This document shows, one piece after another, positions 1-18,200 of a stretch of DNA of 64,000 nt. Numbering within the stretch: the stretch's first letter is position 1; each line of letters opens with the position of its first letter. A program made the position numbers and the translations under genes. The notes beneath the pieces are model-generated. The model had not been told where the DNA came from and did no database searches. It saw nothing but the letters and a program-made list of their open reading frames with translations. Origin of the DNA: Phaeosaccion multiseriatum (lineage: Eukaryota; Protista; Ochrophyta, other classes); NCBI GenBank assembly GCA_965112735.1, contig OZ218957.1, forward strand, positions 2,232,001 through 2,296,000. The letters are read 5' to 3'.

Positions 1-79
1 CAGTTGTGGGGGGCAGAGGGTACCCGTCCTCGCTACAGCAGCAGCAGTTGGTGATACATCAGCACTGGTCTGTGCGTGC

Positions 80-1747
80 TCACAGCTTGGCGTAGCCGAG
101 GACGAGCGGCCTGAGGTGGTCCTTGTACCCCACCACGGGGTCCGTCCTGTTCAGGGGGTTGCGGCGAGCGCTCTCCATCAGGCCTGGTGTCGAGTGTGGG
201 GGGGGGAGTGGGTGAGACAGTAAGAGGGGGTGGGGGAGAGTGGGTGAGACAGCAAGAGGGGGTGGGAGAGAGTGGGTGAGACAGTAAGAGGGGGTGGGGG
301 AGAGTGGGTGAGAGAGTGGGGGAGGAGGGGCACGAGAGTGAGTGAGTGAGAGAGAGTGATGGAGGAGGGGGCCGAGAGTGAGTGAGTGCGAGAGTGAGTG
401 AGTGAGTGAGTGCATGTTCTGTCTCACGAGGACGGTCACGAGAGTGTGTGCGCTTGACTGTACACCTAACCCCACGCAGAGTAGCGCAAAAAACCCACAA
501 AACAGCATTCATTGACATCTCTGCGGAGAGCGGAGTATCATCATCATCATCAGCAGCAGCAGCAGCACCAGAAAGTACTCTTTCCTTCTCCCCTCCCCTC
601 CACTCCCCTCCTCTCCTCTCGCTCTCACCTTGGTACACCCTTCCATCCCTCCTCCCCAGAGCCGACTGCAGGAGCATCATATCGCTTATGTCCCACGCGT
701 CTACCAGAGCCACCGCGTGGGGCCTTAGCTCATGCAGCAGCCGCACCACCCCTTGCCGCACCCACTGGGCCTGCTCTGCGCTGAGGAAGCCGTCCTCCGT
801 GAAGTCGCCCATCTCTCGCTCTATCCAGTACAGCCCGAAGAGGCTCTGCGTGTGTGTGTGTGTGTGCATGTGCATGTGTGTGTGTGTGAGCGTGTGTGTG
901 TGCATGTGTGTGTGCATGTGTGTGTGCGTGCATGTGTGTGTGTGTGGTGTGTACGTTTGTGTAGTGTTGTGTGTAAGGGGGGGGGCGAACAAAGACAACA
1001 TGCATAATCGCACACCCACCACGCCAGAGAGAGAGAGGGACAGAGACAGCGATAGACAGACAGAGAGACAGAAGACAGACAGAGAGACAGAGACAGAGAG
1101 AGAGGGAGAGAGAGATGGAGAGATAGGAGAGAGAGAGAGAGGGAGGGAGACACAGACAGACAGACAGAGAGGGGTCACGTGAAGTGCGTGGCGTTAGTGG
1201 GGAATGCCAGGGCAAGGGCAAAGGGATGTGACCTGTAGGAGCCTTCATGAGGGGGTGGTAGAGAGCAGGAGCCTAACCGTTAGGGAGTCAGTAAAGGCAC
1301 CAGAGGGAAAGACGTAGTACATATACACACAGCTGCTGTTTTCTCCTCCTCCTCCTCCTCCTCCTCCTCCTCCTCCTCCGCCCATTCCTCCTTCTCCTTC
1401 CTCCCTCCCTTGTCTTCTCTCTCCTGAGCTCACCCCACCCCTCACGCACCGGCAGCATGCGTAGAGCCTCGGCTGTCCGCCCCTCCACATGCCCTCCCGT
1501 TGCCGCCCCCTCCACCCCCTCGTGAAAGTGCTGCAGCACAAGATTCATGCAGTGGGCTCGACTGGCGCGGTAGATCTCCTGCAAGACAAGACAGGAAGAT
1601 GAGGAGTGCAGATATATGCATGAAAGTCGACATCACCAGCCGAGGAAGAGCGACATCATAAGTATGTGTATGTTTGTCGACAGCACCCGCAGCCAGATGG
1701 GTGGACAGTCGACGCAAGACATAAGAGAGTTTACGGCCCGCATCATG

Positions 1748-1795
<48 letters not shown>

Positions 1796-2815
1796 AAGAG
1801 AAGAGCGAGAGAGACAGAGATAGAGGGAAAATCAAGCAGCGAGGCAGCCCGTCGGTAGTAGTCAGTAAGACAACCATCCCGACACCCCCCTCCTACTCCA
1901 GGCAGAGGGCTCTAAACCTTACGTAACCCTTACGTAACTGATCCTTACTGACATATCCCTCAACTTACCACAAGAGAGCGGTTCCACGCCTCCTCAGCAC
2001 TGAGCCTCTGTGCCCCTCCTCTGTACGCCTCGAGGGCGCTCTCCACCCCCAACAGCACTCGAGCGGCTCGGTGGGCCATGGCCTCGAGAAGCACCTCGAT
2101 GGAGCCCATCTCTTCGGGGGTTCGAGCCCTGCAGGAGAAGGAGGGCACCGCTCTTTTCCGCCTTCGTCCCGGCAAGGCCCCTCCTCCTCCCCCTCCTCCT
2201 CCTCGTCCACCACCACCACCGCCCGGCTCTCCCACTCGCCCTTCTCGTGTCCTTGCCGCTGCCGACAAGAGATACTCGCAGCTCGGATCCGGGACTCGCC
2301 CCGTGCGTCGAGCGAGCGACAAGGCCTTGAGCAGGAAGCGCGTGACTTGCTGAGTGAGCATGTGGTTCTCTCCCTCGACGGTGCAGTTCTGGAGGTAGGT
2401 GCCGAGTAGCTCCGGCAGGCCGCTGGTAGGTAGGTAGGTAGGTAGGTAGGTAGGTAGGTGGATAGGTAGGCAGGTAGGTAGGTGAGTAGGTAGGTGAGTA
2501 GGTAGGTGAGTAGGCAGGTAGTAGGCAGGCAGGTGGGTAGGAGGGAGGGAGGGAGGGAAGGAGGGCGGGAGAGAGGGAGGTAGGTAGGTTGGTAGGTAGG
2601 TAGGAGGGTGGAGAAAGAAAAAGGCAAGAGGCGAGGGAGTTGAAATTGCTCGTGAGGCGAGAAGGCGCGGAAGACTAAATGTGAAAAAGGGTGGGTGTAT
2701 AGGCGAGTGGGTGGGTTGGTAGAGAGTAGGGGGAGGAGAGGAGGGGCAACGACACACACATGGAGCGCCACGCTGACAGACATGATTATTCACGTCGAGA
2801 GGGCTCATACACACG

Positions 2816-2846
<31 letters not shown>

Positions 2847-5592
2847 GGAGGGGGGGAGGGAGGGAGAGAGAGACACGCACGCACCCACCTGCTCTGTAGG
2901 TACCCGTGCCCCCCGCAGCACCGTCGACAGTCCTCCAGGCCCTCCGCAGTGATGCTCGAGCAGAGGCTCTTCAGCCCAGAGGAAGACGCGTGGAACGACT
3001 GCATGGCCGCCTTCGCCTCCGCCGCCCTCGACTTGCTACCGCTACTGCTGCCTCCTCCTCCTCCTCCTCCTCCTCCTCCTCCTCCTCCTCCTCCTCCTCC
3101 TCCAGGGCCTGCAGAGGCTCCTTTGAAACTGTCTTCCAACACCTGTAACTGCCGTACCACCGCCACCCCTGTAAAGTGGAAGGCGTAGCTTGCTGCCAAG
3201 AGAGGCACCACCCTGTGGAGCTGCGTCGTGTAGTCCAGTACGGGCCTCTCTATGGGCTCTGTGTCTGTACTGCCCGGGCCGAAGCCTTGGCGGCGTATGG
3301 CGCTGTATCGGACGGCGATGGTGCATCCCTTGGCAAGCTCTCGCCCCGCCTCTTTCACGATGTAGGCGCGCACCTGTGGGGATGGTGTGGGCAGGGGACG
3401 GGAGGGAAGGGCTTCAGCACATCACCGGTGAGTTAACTCTGCCAGGGTGAAAAGGCAAGAAACTGACCAACCGAAATTGCACCAACCCACCGAACTTGCA
3501 TTACGACTACTGTAACCGCCGAAACGGCACCCACGTACGCGTAACACGTGCGTACCTGCATCATTGTGATGTACGCGACCTTGTCACCACCAGTGGACTG
3601 TCCCGCCCAAGGGGAGAGAGAGGTGTGTTGGAGTGTTGTATGCGTTTGGGGCAGTACAAGGAGGAGGATGGGGGAGGAGGAGGAGGAGGAGGAGAAGGAG
3701 GAGAAGGAGGAGGGGGAGGAGGAGGAGGAGGAGGAGGAGGAGGAGGAGGAGGAGGAGGAGGAGGAGGAGGAGGAGGGGGACGAGGAGAAGGAGGGGGGGG
3801 CGGGAGGAGGAGGAGGCCGAAGGCGAGAAAGGGGGGGAGGAGGAGGAGGAGGAGGAGGAGGAGGAGGAGGAGGAGGAGGAGGAGGAGGAGGAGGAGGAGG
3901 AGGAGGAGGAGGAGGAGGAGGAAGGCGAGAAAGGGGGGGGGGAGGAAGAGCAGCAGGAGGACGACGAAGAGGAGGAGGATGAGGAAGAGGATCCAATGAC
4001 ACGCACCCACGCAGGCACGCACGCACCTGCACCTTCTCGTAGCCCCCCTGGGGAGTGACTCGGACGTGCCCCATGGCCATGTTGGTTCGCGGGATGCGCA
4101 CGTGAGAGAAGCGGCAGAAGCCGTTGTCCATCGAGTTGAAGCCTAAGGGGAAATGCGTGCGTGGTGGGTGCGCGTGTGGGTGCGTTTGTGGGTGCGTGCG
4201 TGTGTGTGACGGAAACATACTGAGGCGTGGGGGCAACTCCCCTACCCTCCCGTTCTCTTCTCTGGGCATGTAAAGCTTCGCCCTCCTCCTCCTCCTCCTC
4301 CTCCTCCTCCTCCTCCTCCTCCTCCCCCTCCCCCAACAGCGTCTCACCGATCTTGGGTCCGAGATCCCCAACATCGACGCCGGGCAAGGGCTTGTGTGTG
4401 TTGACGCATCGAATGGGTACGATGAAGTTGTGGATGCCCAGTGACTTGCCTCCCAGGTGCAGCTGAGCAATCACCATCGCGTGGTTCGCCGTCCTGAGTT
4501 GGGGAGAGAGGAACGGAGGAGGAGGAGGAGGAGGGAGGAGGGGTTAGGCGCAAGTGTATGCACGTGTGTGTGCGTATGTGTGTGTGCGCGCGCGTGTGTG
4601 TGCGTGTGTGTGAGTGTGAGTGCCTGCGTGCTTGCGTGTGGGTGTTGTGCGGGGGGGGGCGGAGGGAGGCGAGTGCGACAAAGGGGCCGAGAGGGTGGCA
4701 GCAGCATGGGCTTCATGAGAGAGGAGTGTTCTCTTCATATCATTCAGGCCCCATCTTTTTGGGTACATCTGTAGGTATACCCAACTCGCTCCACCCCGCC
4801 TGCCTTTTACTCCTCTTGCTTTCTCTCTCTCGTACTCTCTCTCTTCTCTTGTCTCTCTCCATCTCTCTCCCTCTCTTTTTGTCTCTTCCCGCTCTCGCCC
4901 TCACTCTCCGCCCTTCGCTCCACCTCGCACCTTCCCAAGGTACCCGGCCACCATTTGGCAGCTGTGAGTGTGGGGCTGTGGATGTCGAACTCGTCCGTTT
5001 CGGGCAGGTAGGTGGCCACCGTTTCCAACGCGCGAATGTTGGATCCGTGCCCGAGCTCCGTCTGCGCGTAGCAGCCAATGACCTGTGGAAGAGGGAGGGA
5101 GAGGGAGGGGGGGAGGGAGGAAGGAAGGTAGAGAGGGGTAGCGTCTTAAGGAGGGCAACAGCGCAGCTTGTGGGGCTTCACCGGAAAACACATGTCAATG
5201 AGTCATGTGGAAGCAATCTCATGTCTACAGTGAGGTGAGAGCGGCGCAGTAAGAGTAATCAGGCAGGCCAAAGAAGGCCCAACTCTTTCACCCAAGGCCT
5301 CCTGTACGCATACGTCCGCACACACGCACACCCACCCACCCACCCACACACTTGTGTATATCTACGTATGCAGGTGATGCAGGCTCATGCAGGCCGGCCT
5401 CCTCCTCCCCTTCTTACCTCCATACTGCTGCACCGGCTCAGCCACGCCCTTTGCTGCTCCTCACTGCACAGGGCCTTGATGTTGGGCACGAACATGAGGT
5501 CGTGTAGCATGGTGGGGAGGGTGTCGCCGAGGGCACCGAGTGTGACCTGCGCGTCCTCAGGGGACAGGTGGCCGCTCGACACCTTTGCGCGC

Positions 5593-5650
<58 letters not shown>

Positions 5651-6169
5651 GTGTGTATGTGTTTGTACGTTGTACAAGGATAGAGAGGGGGGGGATAAGT
5701 GCATAAAACATGAAAAGCATGATGTGAAAGCAATCCCGTGGCGTCCCATCCTCTCCTAATGAGTAGGACTAGGGGGAGGGAGGGTGGGAGAAAGACGGAA
5801 GAGGTTTAAAGAAAAGAAGGGCACTATTACGATACGGCCATTTCTTTGCTGCTTGCGAAGAACCCTTACCATTCTATGGAACTTGGCCGCCTTGCCTAAG
5901 GCCCTCTTGTAGCGCTCAGGCCGGTCCAAGTAGAAGTTGTCGCGATTGCTGAAGGCAGGGTCCTCGGCGAGCATTTTCTCCAGCTCCCTCCTCCTTGTGG
6001 TCTTCTCCCGCCCCCCATCTAACAGATATGTGAGGCTGCTGACATTGATATCGGAACCGTCCCTCTCCCTTTGTAGTTGCTGGCTCGTGACGTCCCCTGC
6101 CTCTTGCTCCTGCCGCTTCGACTCTTCTCTTCGCCTCCTTTCCTCTCCCTTCTCTTGCCCATGTTCCAT
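80..6169 (-). CDS. ACOX1: Peroxisomal acyl-CoA oxidase, multi-exon (approx. exons 6169-5870, 5582-5418, 5082-4931, 4493-4348, 4142-4027, ~3610-3555, 3373-2889, 2423-1968, 1579-1450, 846-629, 182-80)
   Basis: Spliced pieces give the ACOX motifs in order: [60 protein letters not shown]...[87 protein letters not shown]. The C-terminus is AKL* (PTS1). GT-AG boundaries flank each piece. Confidence 0.95.
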
Positions 6170-6490
6170 CAAGACCGAGACCTGTACACACCCTGCTGTA
6201 GAGACCTATTCCTTTTTTACTTCCTCTCCTTCCTTCCTGCGCGCATCCAAAGTGGTTCTTCGAGTCGTCGACAAATCACAGCTCCGTTCCGTCGATCCAT
6301 CGAGTTCTTTGTGTTTAGCGATAATAAGAGGACAAGCTGAAGCACTAGAAGAGGAAGCAGTAGGCGTGGCGGTAGCGGCACTAGTGGTGCAACTAGATCT
6401 GCAGACCCGCGAACGAAGGAGGGCAAATAGATCAGCAGAGCCGCGAACGAAGGAGGAGACCCTGGACTGCGTCTCTCCCTCTGTGGAGCC
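6170..6490. promoter_or_regulatory. Probable bidirectional promoter between ACOX and the TUG-like gene
   Basis: Only ~320 bp separates the divergent ATGs (6169 on -, 6491 on +); no specific motif identified. Confidence 0.45.
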
Positions 6491-10686
<4,196 letters not shown>

Positions 10687-11345
10687 CCTCGCCCTGCCTC
10701 GCTACTGGTCCTCCCCCACCTGGTCAAACCGAGAGTATGAGCTGGCATTGAGACGAGACGGAGGGGTACCGCATGCTCCCGAGATTTATGGTCTGTATTC
10801 CGCGGTTGGGCGAATGGCAGGGGAGGGGCGCCACAAGAAGAGCCGACGCATAACGACGACTCGGAAACACCCTCCCGAGTTCCTCTTTCCTCTCAGTGCT
10901 GTGCCAGCGTCAGGTGTTCAACGCTGGGTTGTATGGGGGTAGCGTAGCCCTCCCCCCTGCCTGAGCACAGAGGGGCATGTGTGCGGTCCTTGCTCGCATC
11001 GGGGATTGTGTCAGAGATGGAGGTGCGGCGCCATTTGGTAACTGCGGAAGAGGGGGTTGATGTTCGGGAAGATGCTCAGCTTTGGTTCACTGGGCTCAAG
11101 GGACAGAGCGTCCCACCTTACATGGCGGTCCCGCAAGACTCGCCACTCCTTCAGAGGCTCGCAAAACATGTGCATATCTTTCTCTTCTAACTAAAAAAAG
11201 CGCAAGCAATGATTTAAAAAATGAAATTAGCACTTGCAATTGCTTCCAATCTTCTCATATTTACATGGCCCATATGCCTCTCCGCCCTTCGCTGCCAAGT
11301 ACTCTGGGCAGGTCACCGAGATGAATGCTGCGGCTTGTGCCTTTC

Positions 11346-11618
11346 TCACTTTGCCGACGAGGAGCCTCCCCCCGCCACAGGGCTTCCGCTCCTGTCTCTC
11401 TTCTGACTCCTTTTCCCCGGGGGGGTGGCCGCCGCCGGAGCAGCAAGTGGTGGCTGAGTGTCCCCCTTGGCGGGGAGAGGGCTGCCGGATGTACGGCGAC
11501 GCTGCTGCCCCCCCCGGGACGGCTGATGCGGCTGGGACCCCCGAAGAGATCTCCCATCACCACCACTCTCGCCTCCTCCTGCGGCGCCTCCCATTCGCAC
11601 ACTCTTTGGCTGATGCTG

Positions 11619-11666
<48 letters not shown>

Positions 11667-12227
11667 AGGGTAAAGCGTGTCCTGCGGCACCCCCTGTGCT
11701 CTCCTCTGTGCCCATGTGGCCTCTTCACGTACGAGTTGGAGTATGGCCGCGTAACTGCCCCACCGCTCCATGCCCGGCACGACGCGCTGCATGAGAAGCG
11801 TATCACCAACCCCTCCACCTCCCCCTCGGCCGGCGGCGGCGGTCACGTCGTCCAGCCTTCCAAAGAGCGCTGCCAAAGAGCTGGCGAGGCGCTCCACCTC
11901 AAGTCCGTTGTGGAACTGAAGCTGCACCGCCAGGAGAGCCATGTACACATCCCACACCCGCTCCACCCCCATGGCCCGCCCCACCTCCCCGGTCAGCATC
12001 TCCGCAGGCAGTAACTCAAGGGCTTCGAGGGTACCGTACCACAGTGCCTCGGAGAAGGAGCAGCCCCACTGCCTGACGTGCACGCGAAGCAGTCGAACGG
12101 GCACCGCTGCTGCTGCTTCTGCTGCTGCTTCTGCACCCCCACCTCCGTCGCCTCCTCCTCGTGGCATGGCTGCTACGAGCGGCTTGAGGTTTGCGCACAG
12201 GACCCGACCGTGCAGGAAGGCCGGGTA

Positions 12228-12265
<38 letters not shown>

Positions 12266-15200
12266 GAGTGGCGGTGGTGCTGATGTTTTCGCTACAGCTG
12301 AGGCTTCCCGTTCCGCTACCACCCATCGTACCTACACCAGCAGCGGTGGCAGTGGTAGCAGCAGCAGCAGCGGCGGTAGCAGCGGCCGAAGCAGCGGCTC
12401 CGATGGCGCTGTTCCACTCCCCGTCCTCGCGCAGAGCCCTAACAAGGGCGGTGGTCCTCCTGAGCATCACCACCGGGTGGCGTTGACACACGTCCTTCAA
12501 CAGACCGATGTGCAATCTTGCACCTGCCTCCTCCTTCCAGTGAACCCGACTTCCACCTCCGTCCAGACCTAGTCCATGCCCCACTGCCCTGCGGCCTGCC
12601 AGGCACCACAGAGCCCTCTTGACAGAAGCGTCGAGCGAGCACTGCACACCGACGCTCGAAAAGGGCTCCTCACGCTGCACAAAGCCCGCGAGCTGCCATC
12701 CGAGGAGGGGCAGGACCTCCTCCTCCCAGCGGTCTCTGCACGCCGCGTACACGGCCTCGGGGAAGGCAAGGTACATACGGAACAGCACAGCCCTCACAGT
12801 GGCACTCACCGCAGCGGTAGCAGCAGCAGCAGCAGGGGGCGGACCACCTTTCAGCCGTGCGACAAGGCGTTGGGCCAGCGAGGAGGCAGTCTCACCAGCG
12901 GAAGCTTCTGGCTTCACTCTGGCTCCGCCTCCTGCTCGCCCAGCCGTCGCCTTGCTCGACTCCACCTCCTCCCCAGCTGCTGCTTCCCCTCCCCCATCTG
13001 CACTATCCGTTTCCTCTTCCTTTGGCGTCTCCACCTTCACGCCTGCCCCCCTCTCCCGCCCTTCCCCGCCTCGCCCCGCCTCGTCCTTAAGCTCGCGCAG
13101 AAGGGCGAGCACCAGGTCCATACATGCCGTGAAGTGCCCTTTAGACGTCCCACATGCCGCGACGATATCCCTCATCCATTCCGCCCGGGAAGGCGGAAGA
13201 GCCCCTTCCCCAGTGCTGATGGCACTGCCGCTCACGACCAATACACTCTCCTTCCTCCTCTTTCTCCTCCTCTTTCGTCGCTTCTCATCCCTATCGCTAT
13301 CCTCCTCCTCATCGTTGTCGTCGTCGTCGCTGCCATCTTCTTCTTCGCCTCCCTCACTACTTTCCCCTGCCCCTAGCCCACCATCTCCACCCCCGTCACC
13401 ACCCGCACCGGCCGCAGGAGCACCCCCTCCTGCAGAGTCCAGCACAAGGAGAACAAGTAGCTTCTGCACCTCATGACAAGACAGGACAAGGCCGCACCGC
13501 CAGGGAGGAGCGGAAGGGACCCCTCCTGCCCCCCCGGGCCCAGGCCGCAACCCTCGCCCCCCCCCAGGGAGACTCGAGTCGCGCAGCACCGCCCACACGA
13601 AGCTCAGCGCCACGGCTGGCCTCAGCCCATACACGTCCTCCTGCAACAGCCAGCGAAGGCAGTGCTCCAGCACGGCCAAGGAGCGGCTCCGTAGAAGAAG
13701 CTCCAGCAGCTCGATGCGATAGCTCTGGGGCAAAGCGAAGAGGCGCTTACGCCCACCACTACCCGCGCCTCCATCACCGTCCAGTGTCTCCGCATCTACC
13801 CCTCTCGCTTCCACCTTGACCTTGACGTCCGCAGTGTCCATGTCGGCAGAGCCATCACCCTCCCCATTCGCCACTTCCTTCTCCTCCTCCTTCTTCACCC
13901 CTCTGAGCAAAGTCCTCTCGCCATCCTTCTTCTTCTCCCCCTCCTCCTCCTCCTCCCCCCCTAACTCTACTTGACTGCAGAAGATCGCCGGCCACAGAAG
14001 ATGCTCCACGGGCAAGTGCTCGAGATGAGTAAGGAGACACCGCTGAGGAGCGCCAACAAGAATTGCCGCTGTACCACCAACCGTTGCTGCTGTTGCTGTC
14101 CTTGTCTCCTCGTCCAATGCATCAGCAAGGACCTTCAACAGCACCCTTCCCACATCTCCGAGGGACGCCTCCCTCCTCCGCAGCAGTTCCCCCACTCCCC
14201 TTCCTGTCGTCATAAGCCGACCCCGACAGCTCTGTACCAGCGAGACCACTCCATCTGCACCGGCCCGCTCCACACAGCAGAGCACATGGTGCAGCCGGGA
14301 GGCCGAGTGTGCGGTCGTCAACTGCTCCTGCACAGTCCGTCGAAGCCAGTCTTCTGTGTCCAGAGCAGGTACCACCTCCGGCCTGCTCTGTAACTCAGAA
14401 GCTCCTCGCTGAAGTCGTCCGAGTTGGGCCTGCTGCAGCCCAATTTGTCCACCTCGTCCTCCGCTGGGCGTCTTACTCCTGTCCTCCTCCTCGTCTTGCC
14501 TGCTGTTGCCCTTACCACTCGGGCTCGGCATTACCTCTGCAGATAAAGACGAGAGCGAGAAGGAAGCTACCGAGGACGAGAACAGAGAAGGCGCGGCACT
14601 GCCTCGTGAGTATACCCTCCTCAGTCCGCCCATTCTGCACACACTCCCCGAAGATAGCAACCGCGACGTCCTGCCCCTGGCTCCGGCCTGCTGCTGCTGC
14701 TGCTGGAGCCGCCTCCGTTGCAGGAGGGCTTTCTCCTTCTCCGCTGTCTCCCCCCCCTCCTTCTGCACGTATGCGTAGAACCTCCCCTTAAACACGTCCT
14801 CATGCGCTGCTGCAGCAGTTGGTGATACAGAGCCCATCTGCCTGCCTTCTCCTTCTCCTCCAGCTGCCATATCACCAACTGCCACGGTTGTGGCACCCCC
14901 CATGGCGTCGTCGCCCCCATGCAAGCGGACGAAGGCCTTGATGCGGCTCAGCAACTTGCGAGCAATCTTCTTCCGAGTGCTCGTGCCCTTACCGAGACCC
15001 CACTGCGAGGTTGAAGCAGGCGCCAGCATATCTCTGTACACGGCCGCCGCAGCAGCGGTCGCAGCCGCCGCAACAGCTGACTGATCCTCTGGCGCCTCAA
15101 GCTGACTCTCTCCCGATAATGGCTTCTTCTTGGAGAGGGAGGAGGAGGAGGAGGAGGAGGAGGAGGTGGAGGGTAGCTCGTCGAGGCGTCGCAGCGCAAG

Positions 15201-18200
15201 CTTCACACACTGCAACGACAAGCCCGAGGCAAGCAGCAGCCGAGGCAAGAACAGCGCCGGCACGTAACGCGCAGCAATGGCGGAGATGAGTGGAGACTCA
15301 GTCTTGGCCAGCCGCACCCACAAATCCACGCTGATGGCCGCTGCCTCCCCCTCTTGCGTCTGAATCACCGCTCCACCCACCCCTAGCACCCTTCTCCGGC
15401 GACGGCCTCCTCCCCCTCCTTCTCTTCCTCCTCCTCCTTGCTGCACGGGCACAGATGGAGGCATGACGGCAGTCTCTGAGTGGCCCGGGAACAAGAGCTC
15501 TAGCAGGGAGGCCAGAGCACTCGGAGGAGCAAAACCTTCTCCTCCCTCTCTCACCCCTCCTCCCACGTTTCCAGACGCTGCCGCATGCAGAGAAGCTGCA
15601 TCTAACACGCCTTCCTCCTCCCTCGGGGGCTCATCGCCATAGTCGTGTGGCCTCTCATCACCCCCCCCGGAGCCCTGCCCCTCGCCACCAGCACCACCAC
15701 CAGCACCTTCAGCCTCTCCATCTTGCTGTTCCATCTGCTCCTTCTTGTCAGCCGCATGGACAGACACCGGCTCACCGTCGTCACCACTGCTGCTGCCCAC
15801 GTGAATGCTCAGCAGCACAACTGCCGCCTGAAGAAGAGGCAAGGGCACAGCGCTCATCCTCGCGGCGCGGAAACCCCCCTCCTCCTCCCCATCCACTGCC
15901 ATCTCCACCTTCTCCCCCTCCCTCGCCGTATCACCCCCCTCACGCTCCTCAGGGCTCAACATCACCAGGCAGGGGAAATCCGCAGTCAAATCGCTCCTCC
16001 AGCAGCTCCTGTCCTCCTCCTCCTCCTCCTCTGCCCCCCCACGAGAGGCGGAAGAGAAGACGGAGGAAGAGGAGGAAGATCCCACAATGGCCTCCGCAGT
16101 GGCCTCTGTGAGTGTCCGGAGAGCCAACTCGTGTACCTCCGGGTACACACGCAGCACCGCCGTGCTCACCATGGCACGACGGCCCAGCAGGCCGCACAGC
16201 GTCCGCGTGAAGAAGGCTGGGTTGCCTCGGTGTCTGCCGTTGTCGCTGTGGCTCCCACTCCGGCTCGTTCCGCTCGTGCGCGTCTCGTCTTCGTTCCTCT
16301 TCTGCTTGCCTTTCTCTCCTTCCACCACTACTACATCTGCGGCTCCACTCTTCACTTCTGTCACCACCAGCGAAGATGCCCCTTCCTTCGCCTCCGCCTC
16401 CCCCTCTCTCTCTTGCCCTTGCGGCCACCTTTGCCGCGTGACAGCGTTGAGCGCGAGTAAGTAGGCTCTAATGGGCTGCGTCGAGGTCTCGTGCTCTAGA
16501 GCCGCCCGCACAGCCTCCATCAGTAGCGGCTTCACCTCCTGCCAGGACGGGAGATGCATGGCCCGGAGCAGCCAGCCACAATCGTCCACATCCAGCATCA
16601 GACACAGCTCCTCCAGATCAATCTCCCCTCCTCCTCCTCCTCCTCCTCCTCCTGCTCCTCCTCCTGCTGCTCCTCCTCCTCCTCCTCCTGCTCCTCCTCC
16701 TCCTCCTACCAGTGCAGAAGCCAGAGCAAGCCCTCCCTCCCCACCCCCCTCCTGCTTGGGCTGCTGCTGTTCCTTCCCAAGACCACCGCGGCGCAGGAGG
16801 CGCGCACCTCCACTTGATGTTGGTGGTACAGCATCACTAATGGTGACGACGCTCTGCAGGGCCCTGCGTGCAGACACTCGCCTCGCCGAGTACGGGTTGC
16901 TGAGCTCCGCCATGAGCAGCTTGGCACACGCCATCGCCTGCTCCCTTCGCTGCTGCACCTCGGCCTCGCTAAGAAGGACAGCGGCGTCTCCTCCTGCCCC
17001 CCCGTACTCCTCCTCTCCACCATCGGAGAGATCCCCTTCGCCTTCTTCCCCACCTTGGTCTGCTCCTTCTTCGTCCCCTTCTTCGTTTCCCTTATCGCCT
17101 TCCTCCTCGTCGTCGCCTCCCATCGCCTCACCTCCTCCGACCATGTCCACATCATCGCTGTGCCCCAGCCTTGTCTCCTTTGCCTGCTTTGTATCCTTTG
17201 GCTTTGGTCCGTCTTCCCCACCATCCCCCCCGGCCTCAGTCTGAGCCGCGATCCCTGCCCTCTGCCATCCACTGCCCTCCATCCGCGCCTTCCTCTTCCC
17301 CTCCCAAAGGAACTCCATGACCCTCTCTCGGAGATGCGACACTAACGACTGTAGCTGCAGCAAGGCCGTCGCCCCTCCATAGTGACTGGTCACCGCCGTG
17401 CTGTCGAGGTGTGCCAGTAGCAGAAGGTAGCTCGTGGCCGCCATCGGTAGGCGATGTATGATGACCTGGGGCTCTGCCGCCATGGCAGACACCAGCCACT
17501 CTGCCGATCGCTCAGTGCTATCGAAGGTAATGTTCTGCTGATGCTCCTTCTTCTCCTCCTGCCCCTGCTTCTCCTGCTGGGAGCTCCCCGCCACCACTGC
17601 TGTAATAAAGTCAGGCTCCGTGCAGCGCCGCAGCCTGGCCCCAATGGCCAGCTCCTCGTCCAACTCCTTGAGCTGGGTCAGCACCCAGGGAGGAGGGGAG
17701 CGAGGCGCTTGCTGCAGGTCCAACAAGATGTAGTCGCTGTAGCGATGCCCATCCACAATCACGTCGGGGTCAAAGGCAGCGGCAGCGGCAGCGGCGGCAG
17801 CAGTGGCAGCGGCAGTGGCGGCAGCTTCAGCCGCAGCAGCTGCTGCCGCTGCAGCAGCGCTCCCCCGGGTATGCCTGCCGCTGTCTTTGCCTCCTGCCCG
17901 GGCCGCTGCCTTCTGAGCCTTACGTCTTCTCTTCTCTTCTGCCAGTCGCAATGCCTCCGCCTCTGCCTCCGCCTCCGCCTCCAAGTCACCATCCTCCTCC
18001 CCCAGAAGCTGGGCGACGGTGAACCTGCTTTTCCTCTTTCTTCCCCGCTGAGAGACGTTGGCGGCATCCTCCTCCTCCCTCCTCGCTCGCCCTTCTCCTC
18101 CCCCTCCTTCTCCGCCTCTGCCTTGCTGTCCCGCTCGACTCTCGGAGGGCGCCCCGACGAGAGAGTGCGTACTTGTCTCGCCAGACGACGGGGAGGACGA

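Noticed and set aside
3433-4470. Long poly-Pro/Gly/Arg/Glu and HT/CV-repeat ORFs in the six-frame track, here and throughout
   Set aside because: They are stop-free translations of intronic microsatellites or antisense shadows of real exons.
10690-11340. Possible small gene or ncRNA between the TUG-like and INTS1 3' ends
   Set aside because: Short ORFs have no recognisable motifs and I saw no tRNA or snRNA signature; likely UTRs.
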